NCBI GenBank assembly: GCA_031372065.1
Contig: JANMKN010000281.1
Location: forward strand, 1-34,954
Direction of reading: 5' to 3'
DNA from: Abditibacteriaceae bacterium
GTDB lineage: Bacteria; Armatimonadota; Abditibacteriia; Abditibacteriales; Abditibacteriaceae
Length of the DNA stretch: 34,954 bases
Shown: positions 27,616 through 34,954 of the stretch, in pieces
Layout of the letters: every line of letters begins with the position of its first letter
How positions within the stretch are numbered: position 1 is the stretch's first letter
Program-made: the position numbers and the translations under genes
The notes under the pieces: model-generated
What the model was told of the DNA's origin: nothing
Database searches by the model: none
Seen by the model: only the letters and a program-made list of their open reading frames with translations

Positions 27616-29022
27616 ATGAAAAAACTCATTGCCTTAGTCGCCCTGTTATTTTGCCTTTTGCCATCGCAGGCAGCGCCGAAGCTGAATGTCTTGTTCATCG
27701 CGGTAGACGATATGAACAACGATTTGGCGTGCTACGGCAACGAAATCGTGAAGTCGCCGAACATTGATGGCCTCGCCAAACGCGGCGTGAAATTCGAGCG
27801 CGCCTATTGTCAGTTTCCGCTGTGTTCGCCTTCGCGCACATCGCTCATGACGGGCCTTAGGCCCGACAGCACGCGCACGTTTGATTTGCAATACCGCTTT
27901 CGCCAAGGCTTGCCGAATGTGGTGACGCTTTCGCAATTGTTCAAGAACAACGGCTATTATGCGGCGCGTGTCGGCAAGATTTATCACTACGGCAACCCCG
28001 GCGATATTGGCACCAGCGGGCTGGATGACGCGGCCTCGTGGCAGGAAGTTGTCAACCCCGCCGGGCGCGATAAAACCACGCTCGAACCCGATATTATTCA
28101 TCTTTCGAAAGGCGGTCTGGGCAGTTCGATTTCGCTACTCGCCGACAAAACCGGCAAAGACGAAGAGCATACCGATGGCAAAGTCGCCACCGAAACGATT
28201 CGTTTGCTGGAAGCGCACAAGGACAAGCCGTTTTTCATCGCCGCCGGTTTTTACAAGCCGCATTGCCCGTATATCGCGCCACAAAAGTATTTCGATTTGT
28301 ATCCGCTGGACAAAATCACGCTGCCGGAAATCGCCGACAATTTCCGCGACACGGTGCCCAAACCGGCTTTGGCCTCAACAAGTCCGTGGCCGTATCTCGG
28401 TGTGACGCCGGACGAAGCGCGGCAAGGAAAACAAGCCTATTACGCGGCGATTTCGTTTGTGGACGCGCAAATTGGCCGCATCGTGGATTCGTTAGACCGC
28501 CTCGGTTTGCGCGATAACACCGTCATCGTTTTTTGGAGCGACCACGGCTATCATTTGGGCGAACATGGCTTGTGGCAAAAGCAAAGTTGCTTTGAAGAAT
28601 CGGCGCGCGTGCCGCTGATTATCGCGCCGCCTAAATTGAAAACTGCCGGACAAACCTGCCCGCGCACGGTGGAACTGCTGGATATGTATCCGACTTTAGC
28701 CGACCTTGCCGGATTGAAAGCGCCCCAAGATTTACAAGGCGCTTCTTTGCGCCCACTATTGAGAAATCCGCAAGCCGCGTGGAATCGCGCGGCCTACACC
28801 CAAGTGCAGCGCGGCGGCTTTCCCGGCCATAGCGTGCGCACGCAGCGCTGGCGCTACACGGAGTGGGACTTTGGCGCCAAAGGTGTCGAACTTTACGACC
28901 ACGACAGCGACCCGCACGAATTGAAAAACTTAGCCGACGACCCGCAATTCGCCGCCGTGCGCGCCGAAATGCAAACCCTGCTCAAAACCATCCATCCCGT
29001 TCCGGTGCAAGGCGGCGAATAA
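27616..29022 (+). CDS. Cys-type sulfatase (S1 family, iduronate-2-sulfatase-like), exported
   Basis: Signal peptide MKKLIAL...SQA; NVLFIAVDD, CSPSRTSLMTG (CxPxR), GKIYH, KPH.P, SDHGYHLGEHG; true start at ATG 27616. Confidence 0.93.
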   Translation: MKKLIALVALLFCLLPSQAAPKLNVLFIAVDDMNNDLACYGNEIVKSPNIDGLAKRGVKFERAYCQFPLCSPSRTSLMTGLRPDSTRTFDLQYRFRQGLPNVVTLSQLFKNNGYYAARVGKIYHYGNPGDIGTSGLDDAASWQEVVNPAGRDKTTLEPDIIHLSKGGLGSSISLLADKTGKDEEHTDGKVATETIRLLEAHKDKPFFIAAGFYKPHCPYIAPQKYFDLYPLDKITLPEIADNFRDTVPKPALASTSPWPYLGVTPDEARQGKQAYYAAISFVDAQIGRIVDSLDRLGLRDNTVIVFWSDHGYHLGEHGLWQKQSCFEESARVPLIIAPPKLKTAGQTCPRTVELLDMYPTLADLAGLKAPQDLQGASLRPLLRNPQAAWNRAAYTQVQRGGFPGHSVRTQRWRYTEWDFGAKGVELYDHDSDPHELKNLADDPQFAAVRAEMQTLLKTIHPVPVQGGE

Positions 29023-29058
29023 AAAAGGGCGCCACGAATATTTCGTGACGACCTTTTT
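29022..29058. terminator. Likely bidirectional intrinsic terminator
   Basis: aaaaagggcgccacgaa-tat-ttcgtgacgaccttttt between convergent genes. Confidence 0.65.
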
Positions 29059-29088
29059 GTATTTGTCATGAAGTCGCTGTGCCGCAGA

Positions 29089-29195
29089 AACCCCCATCCA
29101 ACTTCCCCCAAAGGGGAAGAGCTACGCTCGTGAAGCGCATTTTGCGATGGAGAAGCCGAACTCTTCCCCCTCCGGGGGAAGCCGGATGGGGGTTT
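29089..29195. repeat. REP-like doublet downstream of the sulfatase
   Basis: aacccccatccaacttcccccaaaggggaagagctacgctc (near-identical to 27556-27597) plus inverted copy ctcttccccctccgggggaagccggatgggggttt. Confidence 0.8.
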
Positions 29196-29210
29196 TATAA
29201 CACCTTGCGC

Positions 29211-29924
29211 CTACACCTTAGTGCCGATACTCATTTCGTCGGAGTAGTCGCCGAAGGCGTTTTTGCCGTCGCTCAGGCGAATGCGATAAATCCGCACTTC
29301 CGGTTGTCCGGCGACCAGAGGCGGGCGGTTATCTTCATACGAACTGGCGGCGACTTTATCGAGAACTTCCCAATCGCCGTTGCCGCGTTTGCTTTCGATG
29401 ATAGCCATCTTGGCGCCGCTGCGCACAAACGAAATGTCCACTTCGCTGCCGGGAAACGCTTCGAGTTTGGTGATGCGGCCTTTGAGCGCAACCGGCGGCT
29501 TGGGCGGCGCCACAAGGCCCAAATCGGTGCCGATACTTTGGCTATAATTGGGCGATTTGCGAATCTCGACCACCAGATCGTTAATCCAGATGAACAAGCC
29601 GGTTTTCAAATTCACGCCGCTGGGCGCGGTGGGCGGTTGGGGCAGGGTCAGCACCGGATAAGCGAGCGGGTCGGGTGTGCGATCCCCTTCAAAGTTGTCT
29701 TTGAAAAGGGTGACCGCTCTGGACAGATTGCGCAGCAAGATGCTCAGAGAGAAGACCGCATAATTGTAAGCGGCGGCTCCGGCGATGACATAATTCACGT
29801 CTGCGCTGCTCACGCCCAGCGTCGTCGCATAATTGGGCAGACGCTCGGCGAAAGTGTTCAGCCACGTCGCGCGTGGCCCTTCTTCACTGGGAAGGTAATC
29901 GTAAGTTACAGTTCTTGACATCAT
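29211..29924 (-). CDS. Uncharacterised protein: predicted helical N-terminus and beta-rich (FN3-like) C-terminus
   Basis: 237 aa with AGGAGG RBS at 29929-29934; DYLP...WLNTF...LGV N-terminus; C-terminal W..LD...SYED.RP...EVRIYR....G..SD pattern is FN3-like (inference). Confidence 0.75.
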   Translation of the reverse strand: MMSRTVTYDYLPSEEGPRATWLNTFAERLPNYATTLGVSSADVNYVIAGAAAYNYAVFSLSILLRNLSRAVTLFKDNFEGDRTPDPLAYPVLTLPQPPTAPSGVNLKTGLFIWINDLVVEIRKSPNYSQSIGTDLGLVAPPKPPVALKGRITKLEAFPGSEVDISFVRSGAKMAIIESKRGNGDWEVLDKVAASSYEDNRPPLVAGQPEVRIYRIRLSDGKNAFGDYSDEMSIGTKV

Positions 29925-29968
29925 CAGTCCTCCTGAAAATTTGTCTCTTTTTATGCAAGAGACATTCT

Positions 29969-29996
29969 ATTGTAAGGCAGATTTTTGAAAAGTCAA
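29969..29996 (-). promoter_or_regulatory. Sigma70-like promoter of the 237-aa gene
   Basis: Minus-strand TTGACT-N16-TACAAT, with A/T tracts upstream. Confidence 0.55.
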
Positions 29997-30112
29997 ATTT
30001 TTCAGGCCCAAAATACGCAAAAAACCGCCTTTTTTTGAAAAAAACTGCTAAATTTTTCAAAAAACCCGCTTTCCCCGCGACAAATTGACGTTTCCCCAGA
30101 GTTTTTTGCCGT

Positions 30113-30234
30113 TGCCCCAGCGTAGGGCAACACTGCCCCAGAGCGGGGCAACGCTGCCCCAGAGCGGGGCAACACTGCCCCAAAGCAGGGCAACACTGCC
30201 CCAAAGCAGGGCAACGCTGCCCTACGCTGGGGCA
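30113..30234. repeat. Six 21-bp-period hairpin repeats TGCCC-N7-GGGCA with AC(A/G)C linkers
   Basis: Units start at 30113, 30134, 30155, 30176, 30197 and 30218; degenerate in-phase copies at 30071 and 30092. Confidence 0.95.
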
Positions 30235-30340
30235 CGAGGGATTTGCGACGCGGGACGTTGCAATTGGCACCGCAAATCTGCGGTTACATTCAGAGTTGGG
30301 GTGGTTGAGTTAAACCTATCTGTGCGCCAAACTTATTGAT

Positions 30341-30883
30341 ATGAAATCCAAACGGTTTTCCAAACTCAAAATCTTTGGTTTAGCCATTCTTGGCTTGGTC
30401 GCGGTTCATTACATTTTCTTCCGCGCGCCGTCAGAAGCACAAATGATAGCCAAATTTCATCAGCGTAAAGCGGAGTTTGAGCAAATTCGGCTTATGCTGA
30501 AGCAGGACAAGAATGTGGGGACAATCGGCAATAATTGGATAGAAGCCCAATTAGGCCCCGACAAAATTCAAAGTCCAAAAAACAAAAAGCAGGGCATTGT
30601 CACCCTTCATAGGTTGCCCCTGAACCTCTCAGCAAGCCGCATCGCTCTTTATCGTTCGCGCTTGAGAAAATTAGGTTTCTCGCGGGTTGATGCCCACGAC
30701 GGTCGTGTGCAACTTGAGCAGTTTGGTGGCGGGTTCACAGACACCACTTGGGGAATTGGCTATATGTGGTCTGCAAAGCCTTTGACGCCGCTCGTAAAAT
30801 CAGCTTATTGGGAGAGGCCAAACAAGGACGACCGGCACTTCTCACACATCGAAGGAAATTGGTATATGTATCATAGACGCTAA
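30341..30883 (+). CDS. Hypothetical protein with N-terminal membrane anchor
   Basis: 180 aa; basic N-terminus then a hydrophobic helix; ends HIEGNWYMYHRR. Confidence 0.7.
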   Translation: MKSKRFSKLKIFGLAILGLVAVHYIFFRAPSEAQMIAKFHQRKAEFEQIRLMLKQDKNVGTIGNNWIEAQLGPDKIQSPKNKKQGIVTLHRLPLNLSASRIALYRSRLRKLGFSRVDAHDGRVQLEQFGGGFTDTTWGIGYMWSAKPLTPLVKSAYWERPNKDDRHFSHIEGNWYMYHRR

Positions 30884-30933
30884 ACCGTCTAACAAGCAGC
30901 TTAATAACAGACTATGTTGGCGACGGATACAGC

Positions 30934-30970
30934 AAAAAAGCGCGCTTCTCCCCTGAGAGGCGCGCTTTTT
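30934..30970. terminator. Bidirectional intrinsic terminator
   Basis: aaaaaagcgcgcttctc-ccct-gagaggcgcgcttttt between convergent genes. Confidence 0.75.
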
Positions 30971-31113
30971 GGTGGCGGGTGAAAGATTGGAATACGGCTC
31001 GAAAAGCTGGATTTTTAGCCCCAGTTCCGCATCAAGCCATTCCTGAGAAGGTTTCGTCAAAACGATCTTGATCGTATCAGGCATAGCCCGATCAGATCAA
31101 GGCGCGTTGCTGT

Positions 31114-32610
31114 TTACGCCAGAATTTTTTCTACCGCGCTGGCGCCTTCGACGCCGGTTAAGCGGGCATCTAATCCTTGGAAATTGTAGGTGAAACGATT
31201 GCCGTCAATGCCCATCAAGCGCAGCATGGTGGCGTGCAATTCGTAAATACTCACCGGATTTTCGACGATGTTATAGGAATACTCGTCGGTTTCGCCGAGC
31301 GAAAAGCCCTTTTTGACGCCCGCGCCCGCCAAAAACAAAGAAAAGCAGCGCGGATGATGGTCGCGGCCATAATTGGTTTCGGTTAAGGTGCCCTGCGAGT
31401 AAATCGTGCGCCCGAATTCGCCGCCCCACACAATCAAAGTATCGTCGAGCAGGCCGCGCTGTTTGAGGTCTTTAAGTAAACCCGCCGTCGCTTGGTCGGT
31501 GTCGCTGCATTGGCCTTTAATGGCGGCGGGCAAACCGCCGTGATGATCCCAGCCCATGTGGAAAAGCTGCACAAAACGCACATCGCGCTCGGCCAAGCGG
31601 CGCGCCAGCAGACAGTTCGCCGCGTAAGTGCCCGGTTTGTTGACATCAGGGCCGTATAAATCGAGAATGTGCTGCGGTTCTTTGGAAACATCGGTCAAAT
31701 CGGGCACGCTGGTTTGCATCCGAAATGCCAGTTCATATTGCGCGATGCGCGTGGCAATTTCCGGGTCGCCGATGGCGGCATGATGCATCTGGTTCAAAGC
31801 GCCGATTTCGTCCAATGTTTCGCGGCGCATCGGCGCGTCCACACCGGGCGGATTCGACAAATACAAAACCGGATCGCCGCTGTTGCGAAACTTGACGCCT
31901 TGATATTCCGAAGGCAAAAATCCCGCGCCCCATAAGCGGTCATAAAGCGGCTGATCGTCGCGCCGCCCGGTGCCAAACGATGTGAGAACCACATAACTCG
32001 GCAAGTTTTTGTTTTCGCTGCCGAGGCCGTAACTGAGCCACGAACCCATGCTCGGATAGCCCGCGAGTTGCCGTCCGGTTTGGAAAAAGGTGATGGCCGG
32101 GTCGTGGTTAATGGCGTCGGTGTGCATGGATTTGATGAAGCACAATTCATCGGCGACGCCCGCGATATGCGGCATCAGTTCGCTCAACCACGCGCCGCTT
32201 TGCCCGTGCTGCGCAAACTTGAAAATGCTGGGCGCGACTGGGAAATTTTTCTGCCCACTCGTCATTGTCGTGAGGCGCTGACCTTTGCGGATGGATTCGG
32301 GCAAATCTTCCTTGAAATGCTTCGCCATTTCCGGCTTGGGATCGAACAAATCCATCTGCGAAGGCGCGCCCGATTGAAACAGGTAAATCACGCGCTTGGC
32401 TTTGACCGGAAAATGCGGAAAGCCGGGAATGCGTTGGTTTTTTGGCGCGGCGTTTGGCGCCGCGCTCGCACTTTTGCCCAGCAAACTTTGCAGCGCAATC
32501 AGGCCCAAACCCGCCGCCGAGCCGCCCAAAAACGTGCGCCGCGTGAGCGCCTCGCGCTGCGTCCGATTAAGATTGCGAAATTCGTGATCGTTACAATTAA
32601 AAATGCTCAT
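31114..32610 (-). CDS. DUF1501 family protein (alkaline phosphatase/sulfatase-like superfamily), Tat-type signal
   Basis: [65 protein letters not shown] at 32610 preferred. Confidence 0.92.
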   Translation of the reverse strand: MSIFNCNDHEFRNLNRTQREALTRRTFLGGSAAGLGLIALQSLLGKSASAAPNAAPKNQRIPGFPHFPVKAKRVIYLFQSGAPSQMDLFDPKPEMAKHFKEDLPESIRKGQRLTTMTSGQKNFPVAPSIFKFAQHGQSGAWLSELMPHIAGVADELCFIKSMHTDAINHDPAITFFQTGRQLAGYPSMGSWLSYGLGSENKNLPSYVVLTSFGTGRRDDQPLYDRLWGAGFLPSEYQGVKFRNSGDPVLYLSNPPGVDAPMRRETLDEIGALNQMHHAAIGDPEIATRIAQYELAFRMQTSVPDLTDVSKEPQHILDLYGPDVNKPGTYAANCLLARRLAERDVRFVQLFHMGWDHHGGLPAAIKGQCSDTDQATAGLLKDLKQRGLLDDTLIVWGGEFGRTIYSQGTLTETNYGRDHHPRCFSLFLAGAGVKKGFSLGETDEYSYNIVENPVSIYELHATMLRLMGIDGNRFTYNFQGLDARLTGVEGASAVEKILA

Positions 32611-32625
32611 ATTCTGTCTCTTTGA

Positions 32626-32759
32626 ATAGAACACGGAGCTACGCTACACGGAAACGACACGGATTTTTACGGATTTTAGATAGAGATTTGAATCACGTTT
32701 TTCCTTGAAATTCCGTGTTCACCCGTGCCGTTTCCGTGTAGCGTAGCTCCGTGTTCTAT
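32626..32759. repeat. 37-bp-arm inverted repeat (1 mismatch) containing ACACGG subrepeats
   Basis: atagaacacggagctacgctacacggaaacgacacgg ... ccgtgccgtttccgtgtagcgtagctccgtgttctat. Confidence 0.9.
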
Positions 32760-32766
32760 CCGTAAA

Positions 32767-34954
32767 TCATTCGCGCGTCACCACTTCGTCCAAGTTCAGC
32801 AGCACATTGGCTGTCATGGTGTAAGCGGCCAGTTCGGCGGGGTCGAGTTTGTCGTCGGTTTTCAGTTCGCCCAGCGCGAGCAGTTTTTTGGCGCTGTCGG
32901 TGTCGGCTTGGAAGCGCGCTAAACGCTTTTCGAGGCCGCTGTTTAAGACTTTCAATTCGCCCTCAGCGGGCGCGCGGCCTGTGGCTTGACGGAAGCCGAA
33001 AGCGATACGCGTTTGCGTTGTGGCGCCGCCTTCGCGCAGCATTTTTTGCGCTAAGGCACGGGCCGCTTCGACGAAAGTGACTTCGTTGAGCAGCGACAAG
33101 GCTTGCAGCGGCGTATTGGTGCGGCTGCGACGAATGCGACAGGTTTCGCGCGTGGGCGAATCGAAAATCAGCATCGTCGGCGGCGCGGCGGTGCGCTTCC
33201 AAATTGTGTAAAGCGTGCGGCGATAAAGTCCTTCGCCTTGGTCGGCTTTGTAGCCGCGCAAATTGCCATAAACGCTGGTCTCGTCCCATACTTTGTCGGG
33301 CATATAAGGTCGCACGCTGGGGCCGCCGATTTTATCCACGAGCAGGCCGCTGATGGCTAAGGCATTATCGCGAATCAATTCCCCCGGCAGGCGAAAACGC
33401 GGGCCGCGCGCGAGGAGACGATTTTCCGGGTCGCGCGCCAAAAGCGGCGGCGAAACTTGCGAACTTTGCTGATAAGCCGCGCTCATCACGATGAGTTTTT
33501 GCAGCACTTTCATGTCCCATTGGCGGTCAACAAATTCCGTCGCCAGCCAATCGAGCAGTTCGGGATGCGACGGCGGTTCGCCTTGTGAGCCGAAGTTTTC
33601 GCTGGTTTTCACAAGGCCCATCCCGAAGAATTTTTCCCACTGCCGGTTCACCCAAACGCGCGCCGTCAGCGGGTTCTTGGGGTCAACAATCCAGCGGGCC
33701 AAACCAAGACGATTATTCGGCGCGCCTTCGGGCAATTTGCCGAGCGCGGCGGGCAAAGCGGCGCCCACTTCGTCGCCTTTTTTGTCGTATTCACCGCGCA
33801 AAAGCACAAAAGCCGGGCGCGGTTTATCCATTTCGCGCATCACCATCATCAGCGGAATTTGCTCGTGATAATCTGCTTCCGCTTTTTTTGCCATCGCCAA
33901 ATCGCTTTCGGCTTTTTTGAGGGGATTGTCAAAATTAGCGCGGTAAAACTTAATTAATTCGTCTTGCTGTTTGGCATTGCGCGCATCAGGCGATAAAGCC
34001 ACAATTTGCTTAATTGTTTCCGGCACACCGCCGCCCTCAAGTTTCACCAGCGGCGTGCCCAGAGCCGTTGCCGAAAGCCGAAAACGTCCGATGGTATGCT
34101 GCGTGAAGGCATCAAAATGGAGGCGAATCGTTAAAGTCGCGCCTTCGGGCACCGCAATTGGTGCGTCGGGCAAAAACATCGCTTTGCGCGGCACGCGGTT
34201 TTCCGGCAAGTTGCCGTCAATCGCCCAACCTTTGCCGCTTGCGGGCGCGATGGCGAATTTAATTTCGTAATTCTTCTGCGAATAATCGGCTTCGGCTTTA
34301 GTGAATTTGACCGGCGTTGGCTTATCGGAATCGGGCGCTTTGATTTCGGCTTCGATTTTTGACAGCACAAAATTGCCGTTCGAGGAACGCGCCAAACTGC
34401 CTTCAAAAAAGCTGGCATCGGGCAGCGCTTCGAGCAATAGGCCGCTGAATTGTCCGGCGGGCAGCGGCGCTTCGATGGTGTAAGCGTCCGTGTCGGGATT
34501 GGGGCCACCAACTAAATACGAGCCATCGTCTTGTTTGGTAAAGGTCGCGCCGTTTTTCGCTGCGAGTTTTGAGGGCGCCAGCATTTGCCACGCGGAAGTT
34601 TCGGCTGTGAGTTTTGCTTTGAAGTTCGGCTCCCACGCGGCGACCAGTTGCGGCAGTTTCTTGCTTTCCTCAACGATGTTCGCCTCGGCAAATTTGACTT
34701 TGTTTTCCAAATTCGCCAGCTCAATTTCCTGCTGTGGCGAGGGCACTTCTATATTTGGTTCGGGGTTGCCGCCGCTGCGGTTTTCGCCGCCGATGATGGT
34801 GCCGTTTTCCGGCACGTTATTGAAATAGGCGAACAGCGAGTAAAAATCTTTTTGCGTAATCGGGTCGTATTTATGGTCGTGACAGCGCGCACAACCCAGA
34901 GTCAGGCCCATCCACGTTTCGCCGGTGGTGTCCACGCGGTCAATGATATTTTCG
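32767..34954 (-). CDS. DUF1549/DUF1553 (PSCyt2/PSD1) Planctomycete-type cytochrome c domain protein (5' end outside window)
   Basis: GLTLGCARCHDHKYDP (CxxCH), RLGLARWI..P.NPLTARV.VNR, PSHPELLDWLA, TNTPLQAL, NLDE; usual partner of DUF1501. Confidence 0.92.
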   Translation of the reverse strand, partial: ENIIDRVDTTGETWMGLTLGCARCHDHKYDPITQKDFYSLFAYFNNVPENGTIIGGENRSGGNPEPNIEVPSPQQEIELANLENKVKFAEANIVEESKKLPQLVAAWEPNFKAKLTAETSAWQMLAPSKLAAKNGATFTKQDDGSYLVGGPNPDTDAYTIEAPLPAGQFSGLLLEALPDASFFEGSLARSSNGNFVLSKIEAEIKAPDSDKPTPVKFTKAEADYSQKNYEIKFAIAPASGKGWAIDGNLPENRVPRKAMFLPDAPIAVPEGATLTIRLHFDAFTQHTIGRFRLSATALGTPLVKLEGGGVPETIKQIVALSPDARNAKQQDELIKFYRANFDNPLKKAESDLAMAKKAEADYHEQIPLMMVMREMDKPRPAFVLLRGEYDKKGDEVGAALPAALGKLPEGAPNNRLGLARWIVDPKNPLTARVWVNRQWEKFFGMGLVKTSENFGSQGEPPSHPELLDWLATEFVDRQWDMKVLQKLIVMSAAYQQSSQVSPPLLARDPENRLLARGPRFRLPGELIRDNALAISGLLVDKIGGPSVRPYMPDKVWDETSVYGNLRGYKADQGEGLYRRTLYTIWKRTAAPPTMLIFDSPTRETCRIRRSRTNTPLQALSLLNEVTFVEAARALAQKMLREGGATTQTRIAFGFRQATGRAPAEGELKVLNSGLEKRLARFQADTDSAKKLLALGELKTDDKLDPAELAAYTMTANVLLNLDEVVTRE

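Noticed and set aside
29079..29918. 279-aa plus-strand ORF
   Set aside because: Starts in REP repeats and is antisense to the 237-aa gene, which has a promoter and RBS.
30113..30234. CRISPR or TIGR array
   Set aside because: The 21-bp period is too short, internal segments are duplicated rather than unique, and no cas or Nop-domain gene is present.
29884..30339. Repeat-encoded ORFs (CPALGQC.., ATLPQS.., AVLPRSG..)
   Set aside because: A stop-free 21-bp repeat opens several frames on both strands; no clear RBS; conservation appears to be at the DNA palindrome level.
30842..31084. 80-aa minus-strand ORF
   Set aside because: Runs through a terminator hairpin and overlaps the convergent gene; no RBS or motif; at most a remnant.

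Overview
Bacterial chromosomal window, moderately GC-rich. The UBact locus plus Planctomycete-type DUF1501/DUF1553 genes suggest an Armatimonadota/Abditibacteriota- or PVC-like organism (inference only). Genes in order: partial AraC regulator; GH15/phosphorylase-kinase-alpha/beta-like protein; small membrane ORF; metH; GDPD; a 1428-aa secreted transglutaminase-like/beta-helix fusion; a UBact-proteasome cluster (ubact-prcB-prcA-pafA-like) behind a DUF58-transglutaminase-MoxR operon; GT2 plus DUF2298; aquaporin; FGE plus sulfatase; two hypotheticals; DUF1501; partial DUF1549/DUF1553. Less obvious observations: (i) a 21-bp-period array of hairpin repeats whose first and last units are exact reverse complements, next to an A-tract-rich promoter and an uncharacterised 237-aa gene; (ii) a diverged second copy of the metH 3' tail beyond the small membrane gene, suggesting cassette insertion by 3'-end replacement; (iii) an apparent ~15-aa in-frame deletion in MetH; (iv) several palindromic or heptamer repeat families filling every gap of the UBact cluster, with two inserted in-frame in the DUF2298 gene; (v) a Gln-terminated UBact with no Dop or ARC/Mpa in the window. 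All family calls come from motif recognition by eye; no searches were run.
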